NCBI GenBank assembly: GCA_963977015.1
Contig: CAXBMO010000002.1
Coordinates: 352,001 to 416,000, forward strand
From: an uncultured bacterium
GTDB taxonomy: Bacteria > Verrucomicrobiota > Verrucomicrobiia > Verrucomicrobiales > DEV007
DNA length: 64,000 nt
Reading direction: 5' to 3'
The translations under genes were made by a program, and so were the position numbers. Positions 29,117 through 38,519 of the stretch are shown here, in pieces (within the stretch, counting starts at the first letter, position 1; the number at the start of each line of letters is the position of its first letter). Below the pieces are notes generated by a model. It was not told the origin of the DNA and ran no database searches. It was given only the letters and a program-made list of their open reading frames with translations.

Positions 29117-32100
29117 CTAGGATGCGCCATTCCCATTCCCCAGCCCGTAAGCCGGATCGACACTTTCCGCGACGGTCTCGGCATTCGGATTGCCGCCGGG
29201 AACCGATTTCTTCGCCCGGTCGCCCGAGGAGCTGAATTTCATCCCGAGCGTTTTCGAAACCCCAAATTCTTCCATCGAGACGCCATACATCACGTCGCAA
29301 CGGCTCATGGTCCGTTTCGAGTGGGTCACGATGATGAACTGGCTTTCGTTGATGAAGCGGTCGAGCACGCGGATAAAACGCTCGATGTTGGCTTCGTCGA
29401 GCGGGGCGTCGAGCTCATCGAGGACACAGAACGGACTCGGCTTGACCATGTAGATCGCGAACAGGAGCGCGACCGCAGTCATCGAGCGTTCGCCTCCGGA
29501 AAGCAGACTGATCGATTGCAGCTTCTTCCCGGGCGGTTTCGCGATGATCTCAATTCCACTTTCGAGCGGATCTTCGTCATCGAGCAACACCAGATTCGCC
29601 TGCGCGCCTTTGCCGAACAACTCGGTAAACATCTCGCGAAAATTCTTCGACACCTTGACGAAGGTCTCCGCAAACATCGCCTTGGTCGTCTTGTTGATCT
29701 TCTCGATCACCTTAAGCAGCTCGTCCTTTGACTTCACGAGGTCGTCATGCTGCTCCACCATCAGGTTGAAGCGCTCCTCCAATTCGTCGTATTCCTGAAT
29801 CGCGTCGAGGTTGACCGGCCCCATCGAATCCAGCTTGCGGCGAAGTTCCACCGTCGCCTCTTCCACGAATTTCCAATCCGGCTGCGAATCATCGGGGATC
29901 TCGGGCATTTCCGACTCCGCCGCGTCGTCCTTACCAGGCGCAATTTTCAGCTTTTTCTGCGTTTCGGCGATCACGCCGAGAAGCTCGTGGGAATCCGGTT
30001 CGAAATTCTCCAACTCCACCTGATAGCGCTGCCGAATCGCGTCGTTCAAATTCTCCATCCGCAACTCCAACTGCGTCGAGCGAATCTCCTCGTTGCCGCG
30101 TTGTTCCGCCATCTTCGCGACTTGTTGCCGCATCGTCACCAGCTTTGCTTCGCCCTGCTCGATTTCACTGAGAAGCCCGCCGCGTTTCGTCTCCAAACTT
30201 CCCCGCCGGTCCAGCACTTCGCCACGTTGTTTGGTCAGCGACGCGATCTCGGTGCGCAACGTCTCGTTTTCCTCGGTCGCCTCATCGATCCGGACTTTGT
30301 AACCGTCGATATCCGCATTGCGACGTTGAATCACTTCCTCCAACTCCCGAAGCCGGCTCGACATCGGGGCGCGCTGTTGTTCGAGCGATTCCCGGGAGCG
30401 TTTTTCGACGGCCAGCGCCGTTCTCAACTCATTCAGCAACACCGTCGCTTCCTCTTCCTTCTCGCGAATCAGTTGATGACGGGTTTGCAACTGGCCGGTC
30501 TCCGTCTCCAGTTTTTCAATCGACTCACTCGCCTCCGCACGGCGCGATTCCAACTCGGACTGCTGCGCCTGGGCCGCGTCCATCCGCTTGACCAATTCCG
30601 TTTCTTCCCACGTCAGGCTTTCCAGTTTGCTGTCCTGTTGCTGAACCTCGCGCTGCACCATTGCCAGTTGACCTTCGACAGTCGAAATCTCGACTTTCAA
30701 CTTCTGCAGACGCTCGCGATGCGCTTCCACATCGACCTGGGATTCGGCAACCAAATCATCAAGGCCATTCACGCGTTTCCGCTCGGCCTCCAGCTTCGTT
30801 CGGATCTTCGCCGTCAGTTTCTCCAGCCCGCGAATTTCCGCCTGTCGTTCCAGAATTGAACCCGCGCCGCTTTCCTTGAAGCCGCCGGTCAGAACGCCAC
30901 CTGCGCTCAAAAATTCGCCGGTCAGGGTCGCAAAGGCCACGCCGGGCAATTCGTCGCGCAGCGCAAGAGCCCGGTCCAACGAATCCACGAGCAACACATT
31001 CTGAAGGAGGCCCTGCACCACCGCTTCCACGTTGGGTTCCGCGCTGACTTTGTCCGCCGCCCATCCCAGGGATGCGGGGTGAATGCTGAAGGAAGAAAGC
31101 TCGGGCTCCGATTCCTTCTTCAAAATCAAATCTTTCGGGATCAGCGACGCCTGGCCCAATTTTCCCTTCTGCAAGCGCCCCAAAATATCGCGAGCCGCCA
31201 CCGAATGCGCAACCAACACCGCCTGGAGATTCTGCCCCAACGCCGCTTCAATTGCCGGAATGAACTCCGGAGCCACCTCGATGAAATTCGCGATTGCTCC
31301 CAACACCTCACCTTTCATTCCCCCGCCTTCATCCTTCAGGACCTCCTGCGTTCCACGCTCGAACCCCTCCCCCGTTGCCACGAGTTGTTGCAGGGTTTCC
31401 AGGCGCGTCTGCTTCTTGGTGATCTCCCGCGTTAGCTCAGCCTCAGCTTCCCGCGCCGAAACCAAATCACGCTGCGCTCCCACGAGCCCGTCTTCCAACA
31501 GCTTCAGCTCCAGTTCCAACTCCGTGCGCTGTGCCTCGCGTCCCGTTTTCGCCTTCTCCAATTCCGTCAACTCCGCCACTTTCTCTTTTCGCTCCGTCTC
31601 GATTCGCCCTTTCTCGTCTCCCAGTTTACCAACCCGCTGCTGACTGCTCGTCATCTGACTCAAGCCATTCTCCAGCTGGGCCGTCAATGTCGTCACCAGG
31701 CTCTCCGCCTTTCCCAATCGACTGCGGTTTTCATTCAGCGCCTGCTCCACCTGACCCCGCTCGCGTCGAATCCCATCCGTCTGTTCCAGGCGCCGTCCGA
31801 GATCCGCCTCCTGCACCCCGATCTGCTCGGCCATCGCTTTCAGCGTCTCATCCGCCGCGCTCAAATCATCCCGTTGCGTCGCCAGTTTTTCACGACTCGA
31901 AGCGATATCCGCCTCGTTCCGCTCGATCAACGTCCGCATCTCCACCCCGCGTTCCTCGTTGAAGCGAATCCGGCTCGTCGCCTCCTGGATTTTCCCCTGA
32001 AGGTCCGACTCCCGTTGGCGCAAATCGCTGATCTCGCCCTCAATCGCCTGAAATGCCGCCCGCGTCTCATTAAGCCCCGTCTGTCCGCCCTCAATCTGGG

Positions 32101-32878
32101 TCTGCAATTCCTCGTGCTGGGTTCGCAACGCCCCGATGCTCGTGACCAACTCCCCCCGCTCCGCCCGCAGTTCCGCAAACTGCCGATGACTGAAATGCGT
32201 ATCGAGCACCCGCACCTGCTCCAACAGCGTCGCATACCGCCGCGCCTTGCTTGCCTGCCGTTGCAGACTCCCCATCTGGCGCTTTTGCTCCTCCAGCACA
32301 TCCACAATCCGCACCAAATTCGCCTCGGTGTAATCCAGTTTCCGCAGCGCCTCTTTCTTCTGCTGCTTGAACTTCGTGATTCCCGCCGCCTCTTCAAACA
32401 CCTGCCGCCGGTCTTCCGGCTTCGAGCTCAGGAGCATATCGATCTTCCCCTGCTCCATCACCGAATAGCTTGACCGCCCGATTCCCGTATCCATGAACAG
32501 GTTGTTGATGTCCTTCAACCGGCACGGCTTGTTGTTCAGCAAATACTCGGACTTTCCATCGCGATACACCCGGCGCCCGACACAAACCTCGTTGAATTCC
32601 ACGCCCAGCGCCCCTTCACAATCGCCCAGTGTCAGAAGCACCTCTGCCAACCCCAACGGTTTCCGCTTCTCCGTTCCATTGAAAATCACATCCGCCATCT
32701 CCCCACCGCGCAGCGCCTTCGCCGAAGTCTCCCCCAACACCCACCGAATCGCATCCACCACATTCGACTTTCCACACCCATTCGGCCCCACAACCCCCGT
32801 CACCCCCGGGTGAAACTCGAGCTTGGTGTTGTCAGCAAACGACTTGAAGCCGTTCAGTTGGAGCGAACGCAAAAACAT
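29117..32878 (-). CDS. smc: Chromosome segregation protein SMC
   Basis: GFKSFA, GPNGCGKSN, long coiled coils, hinge (IEAALG...TLTGE...GGVLTGG), LSGGE and LDELDAPLD. Confidence 0.97.
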   Translation of the reverse strand: MFLRSLQLNGFKSFADNTKLEFHPGVTGVVGPNGCGKSNVVDAIRWVLGETSAKALRGGEMADVIFNGTEKRKPLGLAEVLLTLGDCEGALGVEFNEVCVGRRVYRDGKSEYLLNNKPCRLKDINNLFMDTGIGRSSYSVMEQGKIDMLLSSKPEDRRQVFEEAAGITKFKQQKKEALRKLDYTEANLVRIVDVLEEQKRQMGSLQRQASKARRYATLLEQVRVLDTHFSHRQFAELRAERGELVTSIGALRTQHEELQTQIEGGQTGLNETRAAFQAIEGEISDLRQRESDLQGKIQEATSRIRFNEERGVEMRTLIERNEADIASSREKLATQRDDLSAADETLKAMAEQIGVQEADLGRRLEQTDGIRRERGQVEQALNENRSRLGKAESLVTTLTAQLENGLSQMTSSQQRVGKLGDEKGRIETERKEKVAELTELEKAKTGREAQRTELELELKLLEDGLVGAQRDLVSAREAEAELTREITKKQTRLETLQQLVATGEGFERGTQEVLKDEGGGMKGEVLGAIANFIEVAPEFIPAIEAALGQNLQAVLVAHSVAARDILGRLQKGKLGQASLIPKDLILKKESEPELSSFSIHPASLGWAADKVSAEPNVEAVVQGLLQNVLLVDSLDRALALRDELPGVAFATLTGEFLSAGGVLTGGFKESGAGSILERQAEIRGLEKLTAKIRTKLEAERKRVNGLDDLVAESQVDVEAHRERLQKLKVEISTVEGQLAMVQREVQQQDSKLESLTWEETELVKRMDAAQAQQSELESRRAEASESIEKLETETGQLQTRHQLIREKEEEATVLLNELRTALAVEKRSRESLEQQRAPMSSRLRELEEVIQRRNADIDGYKVRIDEATEENETLRTEIASLTKQRGEVLDRRGSLETKRGGLLSEIEQGEAKLVTMRQQVAKMAEQRGNEEIRSTQLELRMENLNDAIRQRYQVELENFEPDSHELLGVIAETQKKLKIAPGKDDAAESEMPEIPDDSQPDWKFVEEATVELRRKLDSMGPVNLDAIQEYDELEERFNLMVEQHDDLVKSKDELLKVIEKINKTTKAMFAETFVKVSKNFREMFTELFGKGAQANLVLLDDEDPLESGIEIIAKPPGKKLQSISLLSGGERSMTAVALLFAIYMVKPSPFCVLDELDAPLDEANIERFIRVLDRFINESQFIIVTHSKRTMSRCDVMYGVSMEEFGVSKTLGMKFSSSGDRAKKSVPGGNPNAETVAESVDPAYGLGNGNGAS

Positions 32879-33266
32879 GCGGAAAAAACCTCGTGGATTG
32901 GGAGAATTCGGTTAGAAAAAACTGATAATCAAGCGGGGAAGGCGGAAATTGCGGGTTTCGCCGGTGGAAGCGGCGATTTGGGGAGCGTTTGAAAATGAGG
33001 TCGAGTTGAGTGCTCACCGGTCAAATCAGGCCCATGCCGCCTCGAGATAATTCGCACCAGCTCCCCGGATTCTGTAGCCCAAATACTCCCATGCAATCTG
33101 CAATGTCTCAATTCGCCGTCCCCGTGCAGGATGCACCCTTTCGCCGAAATTACGGCCCAATTTACGGGGAAACCCGAGGAAAAAGGAGTTGGCACGAACC
33201 CAGCACTACAGAAGCCGACTGCGATGGCACAACGTTATCGCGCCTCAACTCTAAACCTACAAACCA

Positions 33267-33428
33267 ATGCTAAGCTGGACCGTATTCTTCCTCATTTTTG
33301 CCATTATTGCCGGAGTGTTAGGCTTCGGAGCCGTGGCCGGACTCGCTGCCACCATCGCAAAAGTGTGTTTCTTCCTTTTTCTCATCCTCTTTGTCGTATC
33401 CCTCATCACGGGACGACGAGCGGTATAA
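33267..33428 (+). CDS. DUF1328/UPF0391 (YtjA-like) small membrane protein, absent from the ORF track
   Basis: Manual translation: [53 protein letters not shown]. Confidence 0.9.
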   Translation: MLSWTVFFLIFAIIAGVLGFGAVAGLAATIAKVCFFLFLILFVVSLITGRRAV

Positions 33429-33469
33429 CACCATCTCAAACACACCCAAAACTACTACCAACCAACAGA

Positions 33470-33610
33470 ATGAAACGAACCATCCTACCCATCAAAACCA
33501 CCGCAATCATCTTTGCCTCAATCCTGGCCCTCTTTTCGCTCTCGTCATGTAACGACGACGACTCCGCGATCGAAGAGGCTGCCGAAGAACTCGAAGACGC
33601 TGTGGATTAA
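33470..33610 (+). CDS. Small putative lipoprotein (46 aa)
   Basis: MKR N-region, hydrophobic h-region, lipobox LSSC, acidic tail NDDDSAIEEAAEELEDAVD. Confidence 0.7.
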   Translation: MKRTILPIKTTAIIFASILALFSLSSCNDDDSAIEEAAEELEDAVD

Positions 33611-33631
33611 AACCTGACTCTTCGACGCTTT

Positions 33632-33729
33632 AAAAAGCTGCGTCGGCGCACGCTTGCCTCGGCATTCCAAAGTATTCGCTTCCGCGTCTTGGAGTGTTGA
33701 AAGCAAGCAACGCGCCGATTCAGCTTTTT
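33632..33729. repeat. About 100-nt imperfect inverted repeat (REP doublet/REPIN-like) between convergent genes; may act as a bidirectional terminator
   Basis: aaaaagctg/cagcttttt, tcggcgc/gcgccga, gcttgc/gcaagc and cggcattccaa/ttggagtgttg arms around an 18-nt spacer. Confidence 0.7.
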
Positions 33730-33752
33730 TTGGGCCCGTGACAGGCCCGAAA

Positions 33753-35126
33753 TCAGAACCACACCTCGCTCAACGTTCCCGACTCCAGTTCGTTGGCGTA
33801 GCTGAGGTAGTAATTGCGATTCGGTGCGTTGTATTCCCGGGCAGCGAGACCGCGCAACGCTTCGATCTTCACCTTGCGAGCCCGTTTCAGATCGCCGTCC
33901 TCAAGCCATTTCAAATGATCGGAAAGTTCAAGCGCCCACTGATAGTCTTCCTCCTCCAGCGCCGCGTCCATCTGCTTGGTCAGCATCTCGGTGCCACCGG
34001 CAAGTTTGGCAACTTTCTGGGCCTTCAGCCTGGGCTCCATCGGGTTCAGGGTGGTGGGGTTACCGTCAAACCATCCCAATAAGCCCGCGTAAATCGCACG
34101 GACCGCATGGGGAACGGTGCCGTAGAACTCGACGAGATACGGCCTGTCTTTCAGATGCTCGGGCAACCCGACTTCGTGAGCGAGTTGATCGGGGCTCTTG
34201 CCTTGATTAATGCCGTCAATCGTCTGATCATAGATGCTCCCAATGGCCTCACTGTAATCTTTCAGCGATGCGGTTGCAGCCTCCTGACCGCTAATCGGCA
34301 TGGTGTGACCGGGCACCACATGGTGGGGCTTAAACTCGGCCATCCGCCCGACACTTTCCGACCAGTTCAGCACATCACGGTAAGCCGTCCCGCGGATTGC
34401 ATACAGATTGGGGAAGGCATGGTAAAAATTGTCCCCGGCAAACAAAACCTTCTCGTCAGGCAGCCAGATGAACATGGCGTCATCGGTCTCGCCCGGCGCG
34501 AGGTAGAACTCGAGATCAACCCCCGCAATGGTCTCCCGGTAGCCGTCTTCCGAGATCCGGATGGTGGGCGGAACATAGCCCTTCCCGCCATCTTTGTCGT
34601 GAGTGTTGGCCGGGGCCACACCGCGATTGGTTCGTTGCCCGACCGGAAGATCGCGGCCGAATTGCCGGATGTTGCGCAGGCCCTTCACCGGATTCACCGC
34701 CTTGTTCACGCCCTCGGCTGAGCCGAAACCCTCCGTTGCATAAATTTCGGGCTTCTCCTCGCCGACAAAGGCGCTGGCTCCGCCAATGTGGTCGCCATGG
34801 CTGTGAGTGTAGAGGATCGCTTTCACCGGCTTGATGCTGTATTTTCGAAACGCCTTGAGGGCCATCGCCGCACTGAACGGCCCACGAAGCGTGTCGACGA
34901 TAATGATCCCATCATCCCCCACAATCATCGATGTATTGGCGCCATGGAATCCAACGGCCGTGTAAACGTTCTCAGAGACCTGGATGATTTTCCGCTCGAA
35001 CTGATGATTCTGCGCGCCTAGCAGTTTCGAGGCACGCTCCGGTTCCACCTGGGTGTCCGCAGCGAACCCGCCGTAAGGCAGGGCCAAAGCAGCCGCGACA
35101 ATGAGTTTGATTGATGTAGCAGTCAT
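33753..35126 (-). CDS. Alkyl/aryl sulfatase (SdsA1/BDS1-like metallo-beta-lactamase fold), exported
   Basis: THSHGDH, APGET, FPNLYAIRG, PGH, LGWFDGNP and RNYYL motifs. Confidence 0.9.
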   Translation of the reverse strand: MTATSIKLIVAAALALPYGGFAADTQVEPERASKLLGAQNHQFERKIIQVSENVYTAVGFHGANTSMIVGDDGIIIVDTLRGPFSAAMALKAFRKYSIKPVKAILYTHSHGDHIGGASAFVGEEKPEIYATEGFGSAEGVNKAVNPVKGLRNIRQFGRDLPVGQRTNRGVAPANTHDKDGGKGYVPPTIRISEDGYRETIAGVDLEFYLAPGETDDAMFIWLPDEKVLFAGDNFYHAFPNLYAIRGTAYRDVLNWSESVGRMAEFKPHHVVPGHTMPISGQEAATASLKDYSEAIGSIYDQTIDGINQGKSPDQLAHEVGLPEHLKDRPYLVEFYGTVPHAVRAIYAGLLGWFDGNPTTLNPMEPRLKAQKVAKLAGGTEMLTKQMDAALEEEDYQWALELSDHLKWLEDGDLKRARKVKIEALRGLAAREYNAPNRNYYLSYANELESGTLSEVWF

Positions 35127-35229
35127 TTTACGGTATTCGTTTTTCTGTGGAACCAGCCTAAACAACACCAGCCACGCAACAAGGTGAGCAAGCGACAAGC
35201 GATGGTCAAAAATGGACAAACAGAGCCTT

Positions 35230-36024
35230 TCAGCTTCCGTTGCCCTGGCGAAACGCCTCCGGCGTGGTTCCCGCGATCCGTTTGAAAAACTTCACAAAGT
35301 TCGTCGCCTCGCTGAATCCAAGATCAAAGGCAATCTCTTCCACGGTTTCATCGCCCAGGACCAGCTTGCGTTTGGCCTCCAGCACACAGTGCAGATCGAC
35401 GAGCCGTTTCGGGCTGATCCCCCGGATCGTTCGGCAGGCCCGCGCCAAGGTTCTCGGGGTAACATGCAACTGGCTGGCGTAGGCGGATAGCGACTGCCGA
35501 ATCGGCTCGTCCATCAGCACGTTCTCAAGACCAAACACCAGCTCGGAAGCCCGGTTGTGAGCCGGCCCCCGAGTTTCCTCGTTGCGGCGGAGATAGAGAT
35601 CGGTCAGTCCGGAAAGAATCGCCTGCAACAACCCCGGCGCCATCGACGTCAGTCGCAACTCCTCCGGAACCTCCTCCATCTGCTGGATGAATTCCAACAA
35701 CTGCACCATGGAGGTATGATCGCGGGGCTCGAGCGAAAACGGAGCATCCAGATACACCGCAAGACGACGGATCTGCTCCGGCGAAACGGTCTCGGGACGG
35801 AAAACGAGCAGGAGCGCCTCATGATCGGACTCCGCATCAAAAGCATGCACCTGACCGGGCCGCACCTGCAAAACATCGCCTTGCGAAACGGAATACTTCT
35901 CGAAATCCACCCAATGCGAACCTGCGCCCCGAGTCACGAACTTCAACAGGTAAAACCGGTGGCGGGTCGGCGCCGCAATATCGATCTCCATCTTCCGATG
36001 CCGCAGCTCGGAAAGCCGGATCAC
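35230..36024 (-). CDS. AraC-family transcriptional regulator
   Basis: N-terminal cupin (HRFY...PGQVH) and C-terminal EIAFDLGFSEATNFVKFFKRIAGTTP. Confidence 0.9.
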   Translation of the reverse strand: MIRLSELRHRKMEIDIAAPTRHRFYLLKFVTRGAGSHWVDFEKYSVSQGDVLQVRPGQVHAFDAESDHEALLLVFRPETVSPEQIRRLAVYLDAPFSLEPRDHTSMVQLLEFIQQMEEVPEELRLTSMAPGLLQAILSGLTDLYLRRNEETRGPAHNRASELVFGLENVLMDEPIRQSLSAYASQLHVTPRTLARACRTIRGISPKRLVDLHCVLEAKRKLVLGDETVEEIAFDLGFSEATNFVKFFKRIAGTTPEAFRQGNGS

Positions 36025-36140
36025 TTCAATCGGCGTTCCCTGCCCTTTCGAATGAGCATAGTCAAGATCCTGAATTTCCGTTTCGATAAGCGAAGAATGT
36101 CAGGGATTTCCATCGAGGACCGGTGCCGCGCGATCCTAAA

Positions 36141-37436
36141 TCACTTTCCCGTCGCGCGAAAACGCTGCCAGGCCTTGGCGAAGGCTTCATTCGGAAGGTA
36201 GTTGGCCTTTTGCTTATCGCCCTGGTAAGTTGCGGCGGGAGCGATTTCCGGTTCTTGAAAGCTGTCTTTGGAGCGATCGAAGACATCGCCCAACCAGGCG
36301 TCTTGAAGGCTCTCTTCGAGCGGGCGGAACTGGGTTTCTCCGTTTTGGGTGCGGGTGTCGATACAGGCTTGAGAGAAGTCGGCGATGAGTTTGTAGGTGG
36401 CATCCGGGTCGCTGGGCCAATGTGCCATTCCGGCTTCCATGACCATGGTGATGGGGGCGTTTCGTTGGGTGCGCAGCTCCATCACGGTTTCGTCCTGCCC
36501 CTTGAGAAACTGATCGTTGGTGCCGTGCATGACGAGGCCTGGGGTGCGTTCGACGCCGGGGAACTCGAGGTGCCAGGTGCCGCCGGAATGATAGGAGATC
36601 CAGCAGATGGTGCGCTCTGGGCGAAGGGCCGGATAGAAAGCGGAGAAGCCGGTGCCGTTGGAGTGCCCGAACGTGATGTAGGGAACTTGAGCCAGCTCGG
36701 GATGCTCGAATTTTTCACCAATCATGGCGATGATTTCTTCCAGCTTGGACGCGGGATAAATGCCGCGTTGAATGGGGTTGCCGAGAAATCCGATCAGGGC
36801 ATAGCCATTTTTGTCAGCAAAGTCCCAGAAAATCTGGTGTTCCATCATCTTCGTGCCCATCCCGTGTTCGGAGATGAGCAGCGCGCCCTGAAGTTTCGCC
36901 GTCTTCTCCGGAAGGCGTAGACGGTAGCGAACCTGCTCCATCGCGTTTTCCTGGAATCGGGACGCCTTTTTCCACGCATCAAAAAGGCCATCATCCAACT
37001 TCCCGTCCTGCTTGTCCCGATCATTCTGGTTGAGCCATTCGGTGATGCCGCCGTGAATGGCATGAGCCTTGGAGACATCAATCACGCCAGCGGAAATGCC
37101 GTTGTTGTCAATGATCGGGGTTAGGTGCGGTTCAAGACGCTTCTCCGGTTCCTTGACAGGGAATTCCAGAGGAAGATAATCCGACTTGCTCAGGTTGAGA
37201 ATGACGGGTTTCCCTCCTTCCTGGTTGACCTTGAGGGTAAACTCACCGCGCTCATCACTCACGACGCTCTCACTTGAACCTGGATGGGTGACGGTGACGC
37301 CGGGCAGGTTGTTGTGACTGGTATCCTGCACGAGCCCCTTGAGGGTGATCTCTTCCGCGAAGCCCGCCGGAGCAGATGCCAGAATGAGGACGAACGCGGC
37401 TGGTAGGTCTGGATTGAGAAAGAAGGCTTTTTTCAT
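36141..37436 (-). CDS. Exported alpha/beta hydrolase with N-terminal carboxypeptidase-regulatory-like domain
   Basis: Signal peptide; LKGLVQD...SDERGEFTL; GHSNG, HGTND and His (MAHWP). Confidence 0.7.
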   Translation of the reverse strand: MKKAFFLNPDLPAAFVLILASAPAGFAEEITLKGLVQDTSHNNLPGVTVTHPGSSESVVSDERGEFTLKVNQEGGKPVILNLSKSDYLPLEFPVKEPEKRLEPHLTPIIDNNGISAGVIDVSKAHAIHGGITEWLNQNDRDKQDGKLDDGLFDAWKKASRFQENAMEQVRYRLRLPEKTAKLQGALLISEHGMGTKMMEHQIFWDFADKNGYALIGFLGNPIQRGIYPASKLEEIIAMIGEKFEHPELAQVPYITFGHSNGTGFSAFYPALRPERTICWISYHSGGTWHLEFPGVERTPGLVMHGTNDQFLKGQDETVMELRTQRNAPITMVMEAGMAHWPSDPDATYKLIADFSQACIDTRTQNGETQFRPLEESLQDAWLGDVFDRSKDSFQEPEIAPAATYQGDKQKANYLPNEAFAKAWQRFRATGK

Positions 37437-37521
37437 CGGTGGTTTTCAGTAGTTAGGGCTCTTCACGGTCCACTGCCAAAAGAAAAATCAGAAAGCACGC
37501 CCCGCTGAGCAGTCGCTTCGA

Positions 37522-38430
37522 TCAGGATTCCCCGGCCGTAAGCCGACCTTGGGAACGCCACTCGATGACCATGGCCCGAAACGCGTCCGCCGCCGGGTTG
37601 CGGGCATCATCCGACCAGACGAGCACCAGGGGAATCGTCCGCCGGGGCGACAAGGGCACCAGGGTCACGGCACGGGACTCGAGCCGGGCGCACTCGGGGA
37701 CGATGCCGTAGCCAGCTCCGCTCTCGACGTATTTCAGAATCGTTCCCATGAGGCTCGGGGTTCGTGTAATCTCGGGAATCACGCCAGCCTCGTGGCACGC
37801 TGCGAGGATCGTGTCATGAGAGCCGGCACCTTCCCGTCGGGCGAGCAGGATGAGGGGGAGGTTGGTCAGGGACTTCCACCGCAGGTTTCGGCGGCTGGCC
37901 AGTTCATCTCCGGTCGGCACGGCAAGACACAGGCGTTCCTCCCGGAGAAGAAGCGACCGGGGTCCGAGTTCTTCGTGAGCCCGGACCGGCCGGGTAAAGC
38001 CGAGCGACAAGCTCCCTTTCGTCACCATCTCCCAAACCCGTTCAGGGGTCCGCTCCTCCAGAAACAGGTTCACTCCCGGATGGGCGGCACGGAATTCGCG
38101 CAGCAAATCGCCGAGGAAGCCTGCGGTTGGTGGTCCAATGTAGCCGAGCCGAAGTTCCCCCGCATCACCGCGGGCCGCCTCGCGAACCCGGCGGATCGAA
38201 TCATCAACGCGCTCAAAGAGAATCCCACATTCCCTCAGCAAGGTCTCGCCGGCAGGCGTCAGCACGATTTGGCGGCGCGTCCGATCGATAAGGTTAGCCC
38301 CGATCTCGCTCTCCAGCTCGACAACGGCCCGGCTCAGCGCCGGCTGGGCGATTCGCAGGCGACGCCCCGCCTTGGAGAAACTCAGGTCCTCGGCAACAGC
38401 CTGGAAATAGCGAAAATGTCTCAGATCCAT
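37522..38430 (-). CDS. LysR-family transcriptional regulator
   Basis: MDLRHFRYFQAVAEDLSFSKAGRRLRIAQPALSR HTH. Confidence 0.95.
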   Translation of the reverse strand: MDLRHFRYFQAVAEDLSFSKAGRRLRIAQPALSRAVVELESEIGANLIDRTRRQIVLTPAGETLLRECGILFERVDDSIRRVREAARGDAGELRLGYIGPPTAGFLGDLLREFRAAHPGVNLFLEERTPERVWEMVTKGSLSLGFTRPVRAHEELGPRSLLLREERLCLAVPTGDELASRRNLRWKSLTNLPLILLARREGAGSHDTILAACHEAGVIPEITRTPSLMGTILKYVESGAGYGIVPECARLESRAVTLVPLSPRRTIPLVLVWSDDARNPAADAFRAMVIEWRSQGRLTAGES

Positions 38431-38432
38431 CG

Positions 38433-38469
38433 ATGCCGAAACGGTATCGTTCTCATGCCAATTGTCTAT
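38433..38469. promoter_or_regulatory. Tandem LysR T-N11-A boxes in the divergent lysR/tauE promoter
   Basis: ATGCcgaaacgGTAT (38433-38447) and ATGCcaattgtCTAT (38455-38469), 22 nt apart. Confidence 0.65.
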
Positions 38470-38519
38470 TTTCGTTACCAAAGAAGTTTGGCTATTCTCG
38501 ACTCGTCACCTTCGCAACG

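Noticed and set aside
33131-33469. N-terminal extension of the 159-aa ORF 33131-33610
   Set aside because: Overlaps the DUF1328 gene in another frame; the true start is more likely ATG 33470.
33632-33729. SRP (4.5S) or 6S RNA
   Set aside because: Lacks the conserved SRP domain IV CAGG..GNRA..AGCA motif and is too short for 6S.
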